DNA from: Lytechinus pictus
Lineage: Eukaryota
Direction: 5' to 3'
DNA length: 64,000 nt
Assembly (NCBI RefSeq): GCF_037042905.1
Contig: NC_087251.1
Coordinates: 32,242,001-32,306,000 of the forward strand
The position numbers and the translations under genes were made by a program. Below the pieces are notes generated by a model that saw only the letters and a list, made by a program, of their open reading frames with translations, had not been told where the DNA came from and ran no database searches. Below are positions 1 to 12,029 of the stretch, in pieces (within the stretch, counting starts at the first letter, position 1; each line of letters begins with the position of its first letter).

Positions 1-186
1 AACCATCAGTCACTTGGCATTTTAAGTTTTAAATACCAACCAAGAGAAAGAAAGGGGTGGAGGGCGGGGTGAGTACATGACATGTAATTTGTAAGAGAAC
101 ACAAAGAAGAATGCCCCTTTAACCCAGTCTTACCCTATCTCATCCCCTTGCATGTAACACCATCACATTACTCTGACTCTCACAAG

Positions 187-760
187 CACACTTGCTAAGA
201 TCCACATAATAAACGAAAAATGCTACACTAAAATTACAATTCCTGTTTACTCATGCATTACATTTCAATTTAGTAACTCGTGAAATTTGCTTAAGAAACC
301 AAAACGGATCTCCATTTATCAGTAATTTAGCATAACACCCTTAACTTTGCAAGTTCCAAAGGACTCACCTCAAAAAAAAAATGGAATTAAGGCTAATTCC
401 TGCTCACCCTAGCAAAGGCTAGTCTCTCAGGAGGGGTGAAAGGGGTAGAGAGAGAGAGGGGGGGGGGTTATAAGTGTTCTGTTGACCCATATCCCGTCAA
501 CCTACTTCCCCCACCTAAGTCCTATCCATATTCTGACTTCCATGAACACATTGCTGAGATCCACTTAAAAAGTGAAAAATTGTATTTCATGTTCACTCAT
601 ACATTAAATTTCAATTTAATAATTCTTAAAATTTGCTCTAAAAACCTAAATTGATAATGCTTGATCATTGATTTATCAAAACATCCTCAACTTTGCAAGT
701 TCCAAGGGACTCGCATCTCAAAAACTGAAAGAAATTGGAAGGCTAATTCCTGCCCACCCT
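187..760. repeat. Diverged direct repeat, about 220 bp of clear similarity at ~350-360 bp spacing (187-410 vs 547-760)
   Basis: Shared blocks ttgct(a/g)agatccac, aactttgcaagttccaa.ggactc and aaggctaattcctgc.caccct. Confidence 0.75.
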
Positions 761-924
761 AATTTCCATACCCTTTGTTTTAGTGGGCAGTGCTCGCTCA
801 AGCATGAAAAGTTTTCCAACTTTTTGGTGTCATTTTAAAGTTGACTTTATAGGCTTCCATGTATGTAAGTCTTTTCCCCCAAAGTGATATACTTTTTATT
901 TGGCAGCCATTTCAAAAGTGTATA

Positions 925-946
925 GTTTTTTTTGGGACGCACTGTA
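925..946. mobile_element. Right terminus of a Tc1/mariner-type MITE
   Basis: tttgggacgcactg|ta is the same terminus as the complete element at 55165-55896. Confidence 0.6.
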
Positions 947-1349
947 TAATACCTTTTATTTTACACTATTCTTCCCTTTAAAAAAAAACCTGATTGTACT
1001 CCTGCCTCCCCTGATCTGACATTTGCCTCTCAACGTACTGTACATAGTGTTATTTTATTATCTCTTTATATCGGAAACTTCGTTTTACCGAATTGCCATG
1101 CACTCTCTCCGACGCGTTTGAAGTCTTAGACAGCATGGAATACTACCAGCCGATGATACACACACGCACACACACACACGTTATTTGACAACTTGTCTCT
1201 GGAGCCAAAGTTCCTCGCATATAACTATCTGCATGCCTGCACGCAGTGTGTATTGAACACGCACGACCACGATCTAATGAATATTCATCGGCGAGAGTGA
1301 CGTCATTTTACGAGTCTCCTTTCAAACTTGGATCATAAGTGCCTACCCG

Positions 1350-1366
1350 GTTTATATAGGGCCTTG
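1350..1366. mobile_element. Right terminus of a second P-type element; its left end is not in the window
   Basis: gtttatatagggccttg is identical to the terminal 17 bp of the 1375-6266 TIR and is followed directly by CAGTAAAT. Confidence 0.7.
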
Positions 1367-1374
1367 CAGTAAAT

Positions 1375-4300
1375 CAAGGCCCTATATAAACAAGGTTGCG
1401 ACACCGGAAGTAGCCGTCATTTGCTCATGGAGCTTTTGATTAGTTCCAAATTCACCGAAGTTTGTGTACAAAGTCAATGGGGGAGATTTTTCGACAGCAA
1501 ATTTCAGGTAATAACAATTGTTATTAAGAAAAACAAAAGGATAGTTTTTAAAGAGAATTTTATGTGCTTCATTTTGATATGATTGGTTTGCAATAATTTT
1601 GAATTTTAACATGCTTTTTTACTAATTTTTAATAGTTCCAAGGCGTAAACATGACAGTAAAGATACGGTATGGGACTGGCAACTGTAGCCGGCAGTGCGG
1701 CTGGCTCAGTAGCCCGATATACGCTGTGGTTGTGTTTCCTGACGGGTTGGGTCCGGACTCACGACATCTCCTTTAATTTTGAAAAGTTTACAAAAAATAC
1801 AAGCAATGTCTTTGATTTTTTTTTTAGCTCAGAATGTAAGAAAATATTATAAAGAACAAATAATGATGGTGATAAGCATTATCCAAGCTATATTTTTTGC
1901 TTTATTTTGCTGAGAAGTGAGATAAAATAAAAAAAATGAAAAAAAGTCAGTGAGATAAACAACAGCAAGCCTAAACTTAGAAATACAAGGCTTCATTTTT
2001 CAGTGTCCGGACACCAAACCCCTCATCGATTTTCCACAGATCCAAAACAAATTTCCTGAAAATGAATCCCAAATTTTCTGAAATTCATAGACAATTCCTG
2101 GAATTTTCCATTTTGATTTTTCAAATCTGGCAATAATAATTAATACAGTGAGCCTAAATTTGGTCCAAGAAGTGACCAAAATCAAGAAATAAAACATTTT
2201 TGTTTGTCATGTCCTCTTGAAAAATAGGAACAAAATTACGAAATGACGAGGGCAGAAAATTTTGAGCTCCGACGACGGAGCCTATGTCTGGATCCGGAGG
2301 AAGATCTAATGTTAGATCTAAATCTTTGTAAAATATTACATGAATATTTTAAAGTTGCTACGGTAAATTGTCATTTAATTGTAATCATGGGCTGATCCAG
2401 GATTTTCCAAAAGGGGAGGCACATTTTCCTGAGGAAAAAATTGACATGCAAAAATAAAAGGGACTTCACGTTCAAAGGGGGGGGGGGCATACTTCTGCAT
2501 TTCTACATTACAATTTTAAATTTTGCTTCTCAAGGGGCCCCCCTTGTAATTTTTGGATTTCCCTGAATTTCCTGGAATTTTTTTCATTTCTGGAACCTTT
2601 CCTGGAAAAAGTAAAAGTTTCTTGAATTGCGGGAAGAGTGGAAGCACCCCATCCTCTTGCACTCTCCAACCACTCTTTCTGTCTTGAGTCTACGCAACAT
2701 TCATGTACAATGCACACTCAAAAAGACAGATCCATTCAGTTATTTGTTTTCATTCTAGACTTAGAAATCTTTTTTTTTTATTCACAAGAGCGCTCAAAAA
2801 CTTTTAATTTTGAGCATATTTTTGTGAGGCCCTCTGTGACTGATGCAGATCTTCATCTCCATAGACTCTCTTTTTAATCTCTTTTTAATTAGAAAAAAAT
2901 TATAAATTTCAAGAATTTAGTTTTGTGCCAAGGCATTTTTTTATGATGATGAATTCACTGTAAATATCAAGTATTCATCCAGTCTAGATCAAGAGAAAAT
3001 TGACAATCTTGTTGACAATCTTGTTCACCACACAGGTTACTAACTGTGGACAAGGTTATCACAACCTTGTGATAAAAGTGGTGTTAGCTTAGCACTGCAT
3101 TTTTTAAAAGTGGTTTAAGACCACATGGATGTTATCACAACCTTGTAGTATTGGACAAGTGCCCCTATCATACCACTAGTTGCATGTCCGGACAGGTTGG
3201 GTATCTAGACCAAAAATTTCTTCGACTAGGCCAAGTAATTTGAAATGGTTTGGAATTAAAATCAATTCTTTGTAGTTTTTCAAAGAAACTTTAAAGGCCT
3301 AATTTAGCATACATGCACATGTAGACCTCTACTCTGTTGATATGTATGGTGTGATAACTAAGTAATTACAAAAGCCAATGATAATACGTGCTTAGTTGAC
3401 AAGATAATCATTGATGCACCAAACTTATCTAAGTTAGATCTAAATGTAGATTTTTTTTTTCAATTTGATTGTGGAAAATAAAATAGGCCCTACATGTAAT
3501 TGCTGCCGATTGATCTGTTTTGGATGAGAGGAACTACTGGATAAGCCAGTAAGCTGTGTAAGTATGATTGTTTGATTTTCATCATGATTGTAATAAGATG
3601 TGATTATATTACATACATGTAGGGCTACATTGTGCAGTCAATCTTTCTTATTTCCTTGAAATGTTCTCCTTTAAATCTTTCATCATGTATCATTCCGCCT
3701 GTCTTCTGACCGCATTTTGTGCAATGTTGGATGAGTTCGACTCTCATGAAGTTCCAAATTTAAATTAAGAACTTTCATTGGTGGCAACAGCATAAAATGA
3801 GGGTCAATCTCTCACTCTCTACCTATTGTTTCTTTTATTTCATATTTAGTGTACATGTAATGATAATATAGTTGGATCATGCGTTAATTTAGATAGTTGT
3901 AAAGAGGTTGTTTTATTAAGCAAATACATTTTAATGCCAATATGAACTTTATATGGCATTGGATGGGTGAGGAGGTGCCATGGCCACATTAGTTTAGTCT
4001 GCAGGCACAGACTGAATGAAACTTGTTCTAAGTGTGGCTCCACGTAAGGACTAGCACATACAATACTTGCTGTCTGAGCGAGAGGGCTTTCAGTACACAA
4101 GGCATGAGTAGGACGACAAGAACACACTTGTCGCAACGTCAAGATTGGGTGGTCCTTTTCAGGACCAACATTTGCCCAAGAAAGATACATGATGACCATG
4201 AAACCTACTACACTATCTCAGATGTTTTTTGCTACACTATTCTTTTTTGCCATGGAAACTTCCAGAACAACATCTGAGATGGTACAGAGATTGAAGATTT

Positions 4301-6266
4301 TTGGTCTAGAAAATGTGCAAAGTATTGGCAGTGCAGAAATGAAAGTAATATTTAAAAAAAAAAGGAAGCTACATGCAAACCAACTGGATTACTAAACTCA
4401 TTTGTCCATGTACTGACACCATGAAAGCATTTAGGGTTATCATAGACTTGGTGGTCAATGATGTTCGAATATGCCTCGTGAGAATTGAACTCACCCAGTA
4501 CACAACAAAGAGTTTATAGCCAAATTGGTACTAGGCTAGACAGGAATAACCATTTCTAGGGATTTATTTAACAATTTCTGACATTTTACTAAGTGAGAGA
4601 AGCCAACGCAGTTCAGCAAAACAACCAAATACAGATACTAAAGCTTTTGGTCTAGTACTGTACTAGGCCTACTTGGGTATTTCACTTTCCTTCGGAATAG
4701 TTTTACATCACGTTGGCAACTATAAGGATAACACTGGCCTCGCCTGTATCATATATGAAAATAAAATAAAGCATGTTGATCTCTAGAGCACTGAGGTACA
4801 TGTATGTAAGGCATTGAAGTGATATAAAATCCAAAGAACACCATGGTATGTTTTTACAGGACATAAAGGGTAGAAATATTAAGAACGCTATGAAAAATTC
4901 TGTAGCGATAGGAATATAAGGGGAAACTAGCACTAGCCTTATTCTGGTGACAACTGACAAGACCACTTATCCAATGTAAAATTTTATGATATAAGTAACC
5001 TAACGTTATCCTCATTTAGTAAACATTGTGCTGTGTGGTGATTGAAATGAATAAATATTTATTTACTTTCTTTTTTTTTAATGTTCTTTATATCTAAACT
5101 GGATAAAGCACTTCACTATTTGGTACAGTCCTGGTTGTAAATTCACTTTATGCATTGGCCCCAAGCCCCCAAAATAAATTGAATTCTTGAAATTAATTTT
5201 GTTCTTATTATTTTTATTAAAAATAAGGTTAGTAGAATTGAATATCTGCATTCTGCACAGCACTTATCTCTCTTTCCATCAATTAATAGGCAATATTATA
5301 TGCTTCATCTTCAAAATCTAAATTCACAGGTTTGATTCAAATTGTCATAGTTGATTTTAATATTAAATGAACATAATTCCCAATTAAGGATACCAATCAT
5401 CTTTCCTATAACATGTTCGCATACATTTTTTGCCTACATTTTGTCATGTTTATTTTAACTCCCTGCAGCTGCATGTAGATCTAGATCTAACGTTAGATCT
5501 ATTTGGTATTATTAATAGATCTAGTAACATTTTTTGTTGTACTTTTTTGTTAATAGGGCCACATGGAAAACCACCAAGTTGATGATATGTGCCGCCCTGT
5601 GGCCTATTTAAATATCAGAAATCAAAAATAAATAAATAATTAATTAAAATTAATGATTAAGCCTTAAGCCTAGGGCCCACTCAGTCAAACTCAAACTAAA
5701 GACAGGCACAAAGATATGCTCAAATCATTCATGTTTTTGAGTGCTCTGGTAAAAAAAAATCAAATTCAGCTAAATTTACAACGGCAAAAAATCTACAATA
5801 AGAATTTAGGACATGAAACTAGTATTTATGGCACCACATGACATTCCGGTACATACTCACCTCTCGCTCTCCAAACGACCCGTGGGGGGCAGCAGAACCT
5901 CACATCCAGCCCGACAGTTCCGGGGAAAATTAGTGCAGCGTCCCGCTCGCTACCAGCAGCAGTGAGCATTTGCGGCTTGCGACGAACTCGGTTGCCATTT
6001 TTCAAATCAACGATATTTCACGATTTTTGTTATAAGATTGTACACATTTGATAAATTTAGGTGGCCGCTAATATATTGATATGGATGTGCAGTGTGAAAA
6101 TAAATTTCTAACGTCGATTTCCGATATAATTATAAAAAATGATTCAAAATTATACACGCATTTCCAATGGTAGCAGTCGACAAAAAGGCCCGGTTGGAAC
6201 TATTCGAGATCCTTCAAATTTGACCTTTGACCCCTGTTGTCGCAACCTTGTTTATATAGGGCCTTG
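1375..6266. mobile_element. 4.9-kb non-autonomous TIR transposon, P-superfamily-like
   Basis: Perfect 29-bp TIR caaggccctatataaacaaggttgcgaca (1375-1403 / 6238-6266); 8-bp TSD CAGTAAAT (1367-1374, 6267-6274). CANRG termini with 7-8 bp TSD are typical of P elements. No transposase ORF is visible. Confidence 0.85.
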
Positions 6267-6274
6267 CAGTAAAT

Positions 6275-6395
6275 GTACTAACCCCATCTACGGCGAGACA
6301 TTGTGTTACACAACAACAAAATTCAGAGTTCAGACAAACTTGTGAAAAAGCCACCGCCTTATTCCCTTTTAATGGAGAGGAACGTCAATCTATAG
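6275..6395 (+). other. Probable non-coding first exon / TSS region of the DNAJC4-like gene
   Basis: Strong donor AG|gtaagg at 6395 followed by CpG-rich unique sequence (6400-6900). Contains a short uORF, ATG 6372 to TAG 6395. The start coordinate is approximate. Confidence 0.5.
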
Positions 6396-7194
6396 GTAAG
6401 GTATAACAATCGCTGTGAATATACGCGATGGTTGATTATATGGTTGTATTTTGACATCTCAAAATCTTACCCACCATCAATTATAAATGTTAAATCTAAC
6501 TGATACAAATCAAGCTTGTCTCTATGTAGTCCGACATGTGTAAAATTGTGTACCGTCATGACCGTAGATTGTGCTTAAAATTAACCTTGTAATTGTGTTT
6601 GTAAGTGTAACCGAGACGTCGGATCGACAGCCGATATAACGATCTAATCACGGCTGACCGGCTGTTTCACACTGATCGCCAATCATACAGAGTGTGTCAG
6701 TGTGATCGGTGGCTATTTGAGTCTGACTTGGCAAGTCTTGCCACACGGCGCAATTTTTAAACAGTTTCGAAGTCAAAGCAATTTTAAAATGCGTGCTGAT
6801 ACTACCTAGATCGTGCAATTAATCTGAGTTCTCGACTCCGACTCCGTGACTTATATTCATTTTTATTTTCCTTTCCAACGATGTCGAGAAAATGCGCTAT
6901 TTAATAGGAACGGGAGATCACAACGAAATGTTTATAAAATGTTGATTTCTTGTGATGATTGGGGGTGATTAGTGTCTTGAGTTCTGGTGTGGGAGCGGAG
7001 TGACTGATCGGGGGGGGGGGGGTACTTTGAAAAATTGTGTAATTCAAAGCAATAAAAAAAAAAGAAATAGTGACAGACATCAAATCTCCGGTATTTTATA
7101 GATGGCAAATATAGCGATCTTCAACGCAAGTTATATATAAGCGTCGAAATTTGTAGCCATCTCCTTGTATTAGTCTATATTATACGACGTGTCA

Positions 7195-7730
7195 AATTGT
7201 AGCGAACTAGTTCGCTATTTCCAGATCTCCTCTATATATATATACACGACGGGAAATTGTAGCGAACTAGTTCGCTATTTTCCAGATCTCCTGTATATAC
7301 ATACGATGGGAAATTGTAGCGAACTAGTTCGCTATTTTCCAGATCTCCTCTTAACGACGGGAAATTGTAGCGAACTAGTTCGCTATTTTCCAGATCTCCT
7401 CTATATACATACGATGGGAAATTGTAGCGAACTAGTTCGCTATTTTCCAATTCTCCTCTATGTATACGATGGGAAATTGTAGCGAACTAGTTCGCTATTT
7501 TCCAGATCTCCTCTATATATATATACACGACGGGAAATTGTAGCGAACTAGTTCGCTATTTTCCAGATCTCCTGTATATACATACGATGGGAAATTGTAG
7601 CGAACTAGTTCGCTATTTTCCAGATCTCCTCTATATATATATACACGACGGGAAATTGTAGCGAACTAGTTCGCTATTTTCCAGATCTCCTCTTAACGAC
7701 GGGAAATTGTAGCGAACTAGTTCGCTATTT
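7195..7730 (+). repeat. Minisatellite left arm: 10 copies of a ~51-61 bp unit with the palindromic core TAGCGAACTAGTTCGCTA
   Basis: Unit aaattg-tagcgaactagttcgcta-ttttccagatctcct-(variable TA-rich)-cga(c/t)ggg read directly. Confidence 0.95.
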
Positions 7731-7771
7731 ATTTTGACCGCGCAAAATCCGACCACGCATTTTTAAGAGTG

Positions 7772-8949
7772 TAGTGGCGTACCGTGGGTCACAGCATTGG
7801 GGGGGGGGGCAGCAAAAATTTTGAGTCAATCATAGTGACTCAAAGACCACTTAGCGCGAAGCACGCTCAGATGTCAGGTATACTGACCTAATAGAGACAT
7901 TTTAAGGAAGCACTTGTAGTCATTTGTAATCATGAATTAAAAAAATACGCATCTCATCAATCAAATAATGCGAGCGCGAAGCGCGAGCTGAAAATATTTG
8001 ATATTCAGACCTAAAAAGGGACATTATAATCGACTTTGTAATCATGATACGTATCTGTCTCGCTAAACAATGCGAGCGCGAAGCGCGATCCGAAATGTGT
8101 GTATATATTGTCCCCAAACAGGGAGATCTTAAGGACTATATTATAGGAATAATCCCTTTATAAAATTATAGTATACATATCTCACCATAGATCTAATGCC
8201 AATGCCAATTAAGCGCTTGGTGATTTTGATAGAATTAAATTTAAACACTTATGAAGCACTTGTACTCATTGTAATCATGAACAACATACGCATCTCACTA
8301 ATCAAATATTGCTAGCGCGAAGGAAATTTAAACATGAAGAGGGGCATTATATAGCTTGTTGTAGGAATTCACTAAGACCATACGTAGTTAACTAACCAAA
8401 TGATGCGAGCGCAAAGCGCGAGCTGAAAATGTTTGATATTCAGATCAGAAAAAGGGACATTTTTATGACTGATTTTAGGAATTCACGGAGAACAGACATA
8501 TCACACCAATCCACTGATGCGAACGTAATCAAGGACAGGAAATATTTTATATTAAGACCTTAACATGGGGCAATCACTTTAAGTAGTCATGAAAAAGAAG
8601 CATATATGTAACTGCATAAACAATAATATATTTGGTGTATATTGACTTGAAACAGGAGTTTTTCGTACAACAGGTTTATATATAAACAGACAATGCGAGC
8701 ACCAGGAACAATGACATCATAGGCCCTGAGCAATAATGTTTCATAAAGTTAGGATAAAAGTGTTTTCTATGTAACATGATTATAATATAATATACCATTA
8801 TAATGAATAATAATTTCTTCTTTCCCACTACGTTCCTCTTCTTTTCTCCCTCTTTTTCTCCTTTTCCCCGTTTTTTTTTTTGTCAGCCGATTGGGGGTTG
8901 AGGGGAAGGGCACGTGCCCCCAATACCCCCCCCCGTAGTTACGCCACTG
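7772..8949. mobile_element. hAT-like MITE with GCGCGAAGCGCGAGC internal motifs
   Basis: Termini tagtggcgta...tacgccactg with subterminal G/C runs; no TSD match. Confidence 0.7.
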
Positions 8950-11920
8950 CCGTCGTATGTATATAGAGAGGAGATCTGGAAAATAGCGAACTAGTTCACT
9001 ATTCTGGTGTATATATCGAGGAGATCCGAAAAAATTGCGAACTAGTTCACTACAATTCCAATCGTATATATAGAGGAGATCTGGAAATAGCGAACTAGTT
9101 AGCTACAATTTCCCCTCGTCTATATATCGAGGAGATCCGAAAAAAATAGCGAACTAGTTCGCTACAATTCCAATCGTATTGTTAGAGGAGATCTGGAAAA
9201 TAGCAAACTAGTTCGCTACAATTCCCCCTCGTCTATATATCGGGGGGATCCGAAAAAATAGCGAACTAGTTCGCTACAATTCCCATCGTATATATAGGCC
9301 CTAGAGGAGATCTGGAAAATAGCGAACTAGTTCGCTACAATTCCAATCGTATATATCGAGGAGATCCGAAAAATAGCGAACTAGTTCGCTACAATTCCCA
9401 CTGGTGTATATATCGAGGAGATCTGGAAATAGCGAACTAGTTCGCTACAATTCCCATCGTATATATAGGCCCTAGAGGAGATCTGGAAAATAGCGAACTA
9501 GTTCGCTACAATTCCAATCGTATATATCGAGGAGATCCGAAAAATAGCGAACTAGTTCGCTACAATTCCCACTGGTGTATATATCGAGGAGATCTGGAAA
9601 TAGCGAACTAGTTCGCTACAATTTCCCCTCGTCTATATATCGAGGAGATCCAAAATAGCGAACTAGTTCGCTAAAATTCCAATCGTATATATCGAGGAGA
9701 TCCGAAAAATAGCGAACTAGTTCGCTACAATTCCCACTGGTGTATATATCGAGGAGATCTGGATATAGCGAACTAGTTCGCTACAATTTCCCCTCAGGCG
9801 CGGATCCAGGAGGGGGCCGAGCCGGCCCCGGCCCCCCCTATTTTTTGACAACCTGCAGAAAAAGTGTACTCTTTAACTTGATAGAAACTATGAAAAACAG
9901 AAAGAAAAGTAAGAAAGAGGTATCATACCCATGATGTGTAATTTACAACCTCGTAACGGCCGGCCAACCCCGAAAGGAAACAATAAAAGGGTGAAGGGGA
10001 GAATTAGAAAATAAACTTTATATAAAAAATTTCGCTCGCGCTTCGCGCTCGCATTGATTGTGTAATGAATCCCATTCAAGAGGATTAAATGGCACTTATA
10101 CATCCAGATCTGAAATCAATTTTGCACACAATATTTTAGCTCGCACATCAAGCTTTATTATTTTGTCTGTTTTACACAAATTGTTTATATCAAAGTTTTC
10201 AGCTCGCGCTGCGCGCTGGCATTGTTTGATTTGTGAGTTACCTATCCTCTGGAAATTCTTACCAAAATATGTCAAAATTCTCCTTTATCATGTCAGTTTA
10301 TAAAAGAAAATGAGCTCGTGCTTCGCGCTCGCATTTAATTATTTGAGAAACACAGCTTTTTCTGTATTTAAATAAAAACGCGCTTAGACTGTCCAGTTTT
10401 CAGGTCGGAATATCAACAATTTTGAGCTCGCACTTCGCACTCTCATTATTTAATTGGTGATCACTAAAAACCGTCCTAATTGAGTCCCTTTTCACGTTAC
10501 TATGATAAAATTTAGGCTCGCGCTTCGCGCTCGCGTTGTTTAGTTGGATACTTATCTTTTTTCATAATTATAATTATCTTCAGAATCTTCAGGTCTAAGG
10601 ACATGAAATATCAAAGAATTTGAGCTCGCGCTTCGCGCTCGCATTATATATTAAGACCACACGAGATACCTTATCTTGTTTATAATAATAAAATTAACAT
10701 ATACTTAAAACTTCAGTCTCTCGTTAGGACTACCCCCTAAAAAACCGAAAAAATCAGATTATAGCGGCCAATCGAGAAAAACGTTGATAAAAATATTTTT
10801 CGGCCCCCCCCTATTGGCGAAAGCTGGATCCGCCCCTGCCCCTCGTCTATAATCGAGGAGATCCGAAATAGCGAACTAGTTCGCTACAATTCCCACTGGT
10901 GTATATATCGAGGAGATCTGGAAATAGCGAACTAGTTCGCTACCATTTCCGCCCGTCGTGTATATACAGGAGATCTGGAAAATAGCGAACTAGTTCGCTA
11001 CAATTTCCGCCCGTCGTGTATATACAGGAGATCTGGAAAATAGCGAACTAGTTCGCTACAATTTCCCGTCGTATATATATATATAGAGCAGATTTGGAAA
11101 TAGCGAACTAGTTCGCTACAATTTCCCGTCGTTAAGAGGAGATCTGGAAAATAGCGAACTAGTTCGCTACAATTTCCCATCGTATGTATATACAGGAGAT
11201 CTGGAAAATAGCGAACTAGTTCGCTACAATTTCCCGTCGTGTATATATATAGAGCAGATCTGGAAATAGCGAACTAGTTCGCTACAATTTCCCGTCGTTA
11301 AGAGGAGATCTGGAAAATAGCGAACTAGTTCGCTACAATTTCCCATCGTATGTATATACAGGAGATCTGGAAAATAGCGAACTAGTTCGCTACAATTTCC
11401 CGTCGTGTATATATATATATAGAGGAGATCTGGAAATAGCGAACTAGTTCGCTACAATTTCCCGTCGTATGTATATAGAGGAGATCTGGAAAATAGCGAA
11501 CTAGTTCGCTACAATTTCCCATCGTATACATAGAGGAGAATTGGAAAATAGCGAACTAGTTCGCTACAATTTCCCATCGTATACATAGAGGAGAATTGGA
11601 AAATAGCGAACTAGTTCGCTACAATTTCCCATCGTATGTATATAGAGGAGATCTGGAAAATAGCGAACTAGTTCGCTACAATTTCCCATCGTATGTATAT
11701 ACAGGAGATCTGGAAAATAGCGAACTAGTTCGCTACAATTTCCCGTCGTGTATATATATATAGAGGAGATCTGGAAAATAGCGAACTAGTTCGCTACAAT
11801 TTCCCATCGTATGTATATACAGGAGATCTGGAAAATAGCGAACTAGTTCGCTACAATTTCCCGTCGTGTATATATATATAGAGGAGATCTGGAAATAGCG
11901 AACTAGTTCGCTACAATTTG
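8950..11920 (-). repeat. Minisatellite right arm: about 34 copies in inverted orientation, split by the MITE at 9795-10838
   Basis: About 15 cores in 8950-9794 and about 19 in 10839-11920, counted by eye. Confidence 0.95.
9795..10838. mobile_element. hAT-like MITE inserted into a minisatellite unit, 5-bp TSD
   Basis: TIR caggcgcggatcc / ggatccgcccctg; TSD CCCCT (9790-9794, 10839-10843). Neighbouring uninterrupted units read tttcccctcgtc and give the empty site. Confidence 0.85.
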
Positions 11921-12029
11921 ACATGTCGTATAATATACACTAATACAAGGAGATGGCTACAAATTTCGACGCTTATATATAAGCGTTTAAGATCGCTATA
12001 TTTGCCATCTTATAATTTCCCTCAAATCT

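Larger units (their letters stand above)
7100..12010. mobile_element. Foldback-like structure: inverted arms, each a ~100-bp unique segment plus a palindromic minisatellite array
   Basis: 7100-7200 is the near-exact reverse complement of ~11913-12010, and the adjoining arrays are in opposite orientation. Possible TSD TAT or TTATA is weak because the context is AT-rich. Confidence 0.75.

Noticed and set aside
3846..4395. Overlapping ORFs inside the P-type element as a possible transposase or THAP domain
   Set aside because: No THAP or P-transposase motifs recognised, and all frames have stops.
7195..11920. CRISPR-like appearance (constant palindromic repeat with variable spacers)
   Set aside because: The spacers are recurring variants of one TA-rich sequence, there are no cas genes and the context is eukaryotic and intronic; this is a minisatellite.
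7189..11924. Repetitive ORFs (GNCSELVRYFPDLL / ENSELVRYNFPS)
   Set aside because: Translations of the palindromic array on both strands; unit lengths shift the frame.
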